Positions 53,533-54,349 of a stretch of DNA of 54,349 bases are shown in pieces. The stretch covers positions 2,955 to 57,303 of the forward strand of contig CAYHQJ010000001.1 in NCBI GenBank assembly GCA_964358595.1, written 5' to 3'. The notes below the pieces were generated by a model, which worked only from the letters and a program-made list of their open reading frames with translations, had not been told where the DNA came from and searched no databases. The first letter of the stretch is position 1, and each line of letters opens with the position of its first letter. The translations under genes were made by a program, and so were the position numbers. The DNA is from an uncultured Gemmatimonadales bacterium (GTDB lineage Bacteria > Gemmatimonadota > Gemmatimonadetes > Gemmatimonadales > JACORV01).

Positions 53533-54349
53533 TCAGTGCGCGGCGTCTTCCGCCGCGGCTGCGGCCGCCGGGGCCGGCTCGTCCGTCTTGATGCGCGCGA
53601 CGATCGCTTCCGGCTTCGGCCGCCGCTTGCGGCGCGGCCGCTTGCGGCGCTTCTCGGCGTCCTCACCGCCCTCCACCGCACCGCCATCGGTCGAGTACGT
53701 GGCGTAGTCGGACTCCTCGGTCTCCTCACGCTGCGGCCTCAAGGCCCGCGCCTCAATGATCGCATCCGCCAGCGCGGCCGCGATCAGCGAGACCGACCGG
53801 ATCGCGTCGTCGTTCCCCGCGATCGGCACGGTGATGATGTCCGGGTCGGCGTTGGTGTCCACGATCGCGACGATCGGGATGCCGAGCTTGTTCCCCTCGG
53901 CCACCGCGATCCGCTCCTTCTTCGCGTCCACCACGAACAGCGCCCCCGGCAGGCGGCTCATCTGCTTCACGCCCGACATGTTGCGCTCCAGCTTCACCCG
54001 CTCGCGCTCGAGCAGCAGCTGCTCCTTCTTCGTGAAGAACTCGAAGGCGCCCTCTTCCTGGCCCTGCTCGAGCTCCTTCAGGCGGCGGATCTGACGCTTG
54101 ATCGTGGTGAAGTTGGTGAGCGTGCCACCCAGCCAGCGCTCGGTCACGTGGAACGCGCCGCACCGCTCGGCCTCGACCTTCGTGATCGCCTTGAGCTGCT
54201 TCTTGGTGCAGACGAAGAGGACGTTGTCCCCCTTCAGCACGACGTCGCGCATCAGGTCCTGCGCGACCTTGAGCTGCTTGAGCGTCTTCTCGAGGTCGAT
54301 GATGTAGATGCCGTTGCGCTCGGCGAAGATGAACCGGCGCATCTTCGGA
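53533..54349 (-). CDS. rpsB: 30S ribosomal protein S2 (5'-partial; the N-terminus lies beyond the window end) with a long charged C-terminal extension
   Basis: FAERNGIYIIDLEKT, VLFVCTKKQ and LPGALFVVD match S2 from about residue 35 onward. The ORF is open to the window edge. Confidence 0.92.
   Translation of the reverse strand, partial: PKMRRFIFAERNGIYIIDLEKTLKQLKVAQDLMRDVVLKGDNVLFVCTKKQLKAITKVEAERCGAFHVTERWLGGTLTNFTTIKRQIRRLKELEQGQEEGAFEFFTKKEQLLLERERVKLERNMSGVKQMSRLPGALFVVDAKKERIAVAEGNKLGIPIVAIVDTNADPDIITVPIAGNDDAIRSVSLIAAALADAIIEARALRPQREETEESDYATYSTDGGAVEGGEDAEKRRKRPRRKRRPKPEAIVARIKTDEPAPAAAAAAEDAAH

Overview
This is a very GC-rich (about 70% G+C by eye), densely coding bacterial chromosomal segment. 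I saw no rRNA, tRNA, CRISPR array, transposase or integrase. All family assignments come from motif recognition in the supplied translations, because no database search was possible.

Gene layout:
- 175-11405 (+): an rnf (ferredoxin:NAD+ oxidoreductase, ion-pumping) operon in the order rnfB, a 1668-codon pyruvate:ferredoxin oxidoreductase (PFOR), rnfC, rnfD, rnfG, rnfE, rnfA, a 59-codon Cys-rich membrane peptide and apbE.
- 11529-14342 (+): a TonB-dependent receptor.
- 14451-18318: a Yip1-like membrane protein, tmRNA (ssrA, tag ...ANAEYALAA), a GGDEF cyclase coupled to a tRNA-dihydrouridine synthase, and an orphan ptsN-like EIIA.
- 18325-26436 (-): a housekeeping run, accD-folC-hisS-lipoprotein-proS-lysA-guaA, with overlapping stop and start codons.
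- 26550-33312 (-): the cell-shape cluster mreB-mreC-[M28 peptidase]-mreD-mrdA-rodA.
- 33513-36962 (+): a small ferredoxin, a geranylgeranyl-reductase-like flavoprotein, an LEA_2-like protein and an alanine aminotransferase.
- 36916-41598 (-): a NuoE-like, NuoF-like (HydB/HndC architecture), NuoG-N-terminal-like and GltB-FMN-domain cluster.
- 41849-54349: a polysaccharide deacetylase, an M16 peptidase with an in-frame TAG, pnp, rpsO, a minimal Ser/Thr kinase, and the conserved run rpsB(partial)-tsf-pyrH-frr-uppS-cdsA-dxr-rseP.

Most interesting observations:
1. A giant PFOR that carries a tethered ferredoxin domain is inserted inside, and translationally coupled to, the rnf operon.
2. The NuoEF-type (possibly flavin-based electron-bifurcating) module is joined to a stand-alone glutamate-synthase FMN-domain protein.
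3. An archaeal-style ferredoxin plus geranylgeranyl-reductase gene pair is present.
4. An NqrM-like Cys-rich peptide sits in the rnf operon.
5. An M28 peptidase is embedded between mreC and mreD.
6. An amber codon replaces a conserved Trp in the M16 peptidase.
7. The conserved N-terminus of folC lies upstream of any canonical start codon.

Whether any of these is truly undescribed cannot be decided without database searches.
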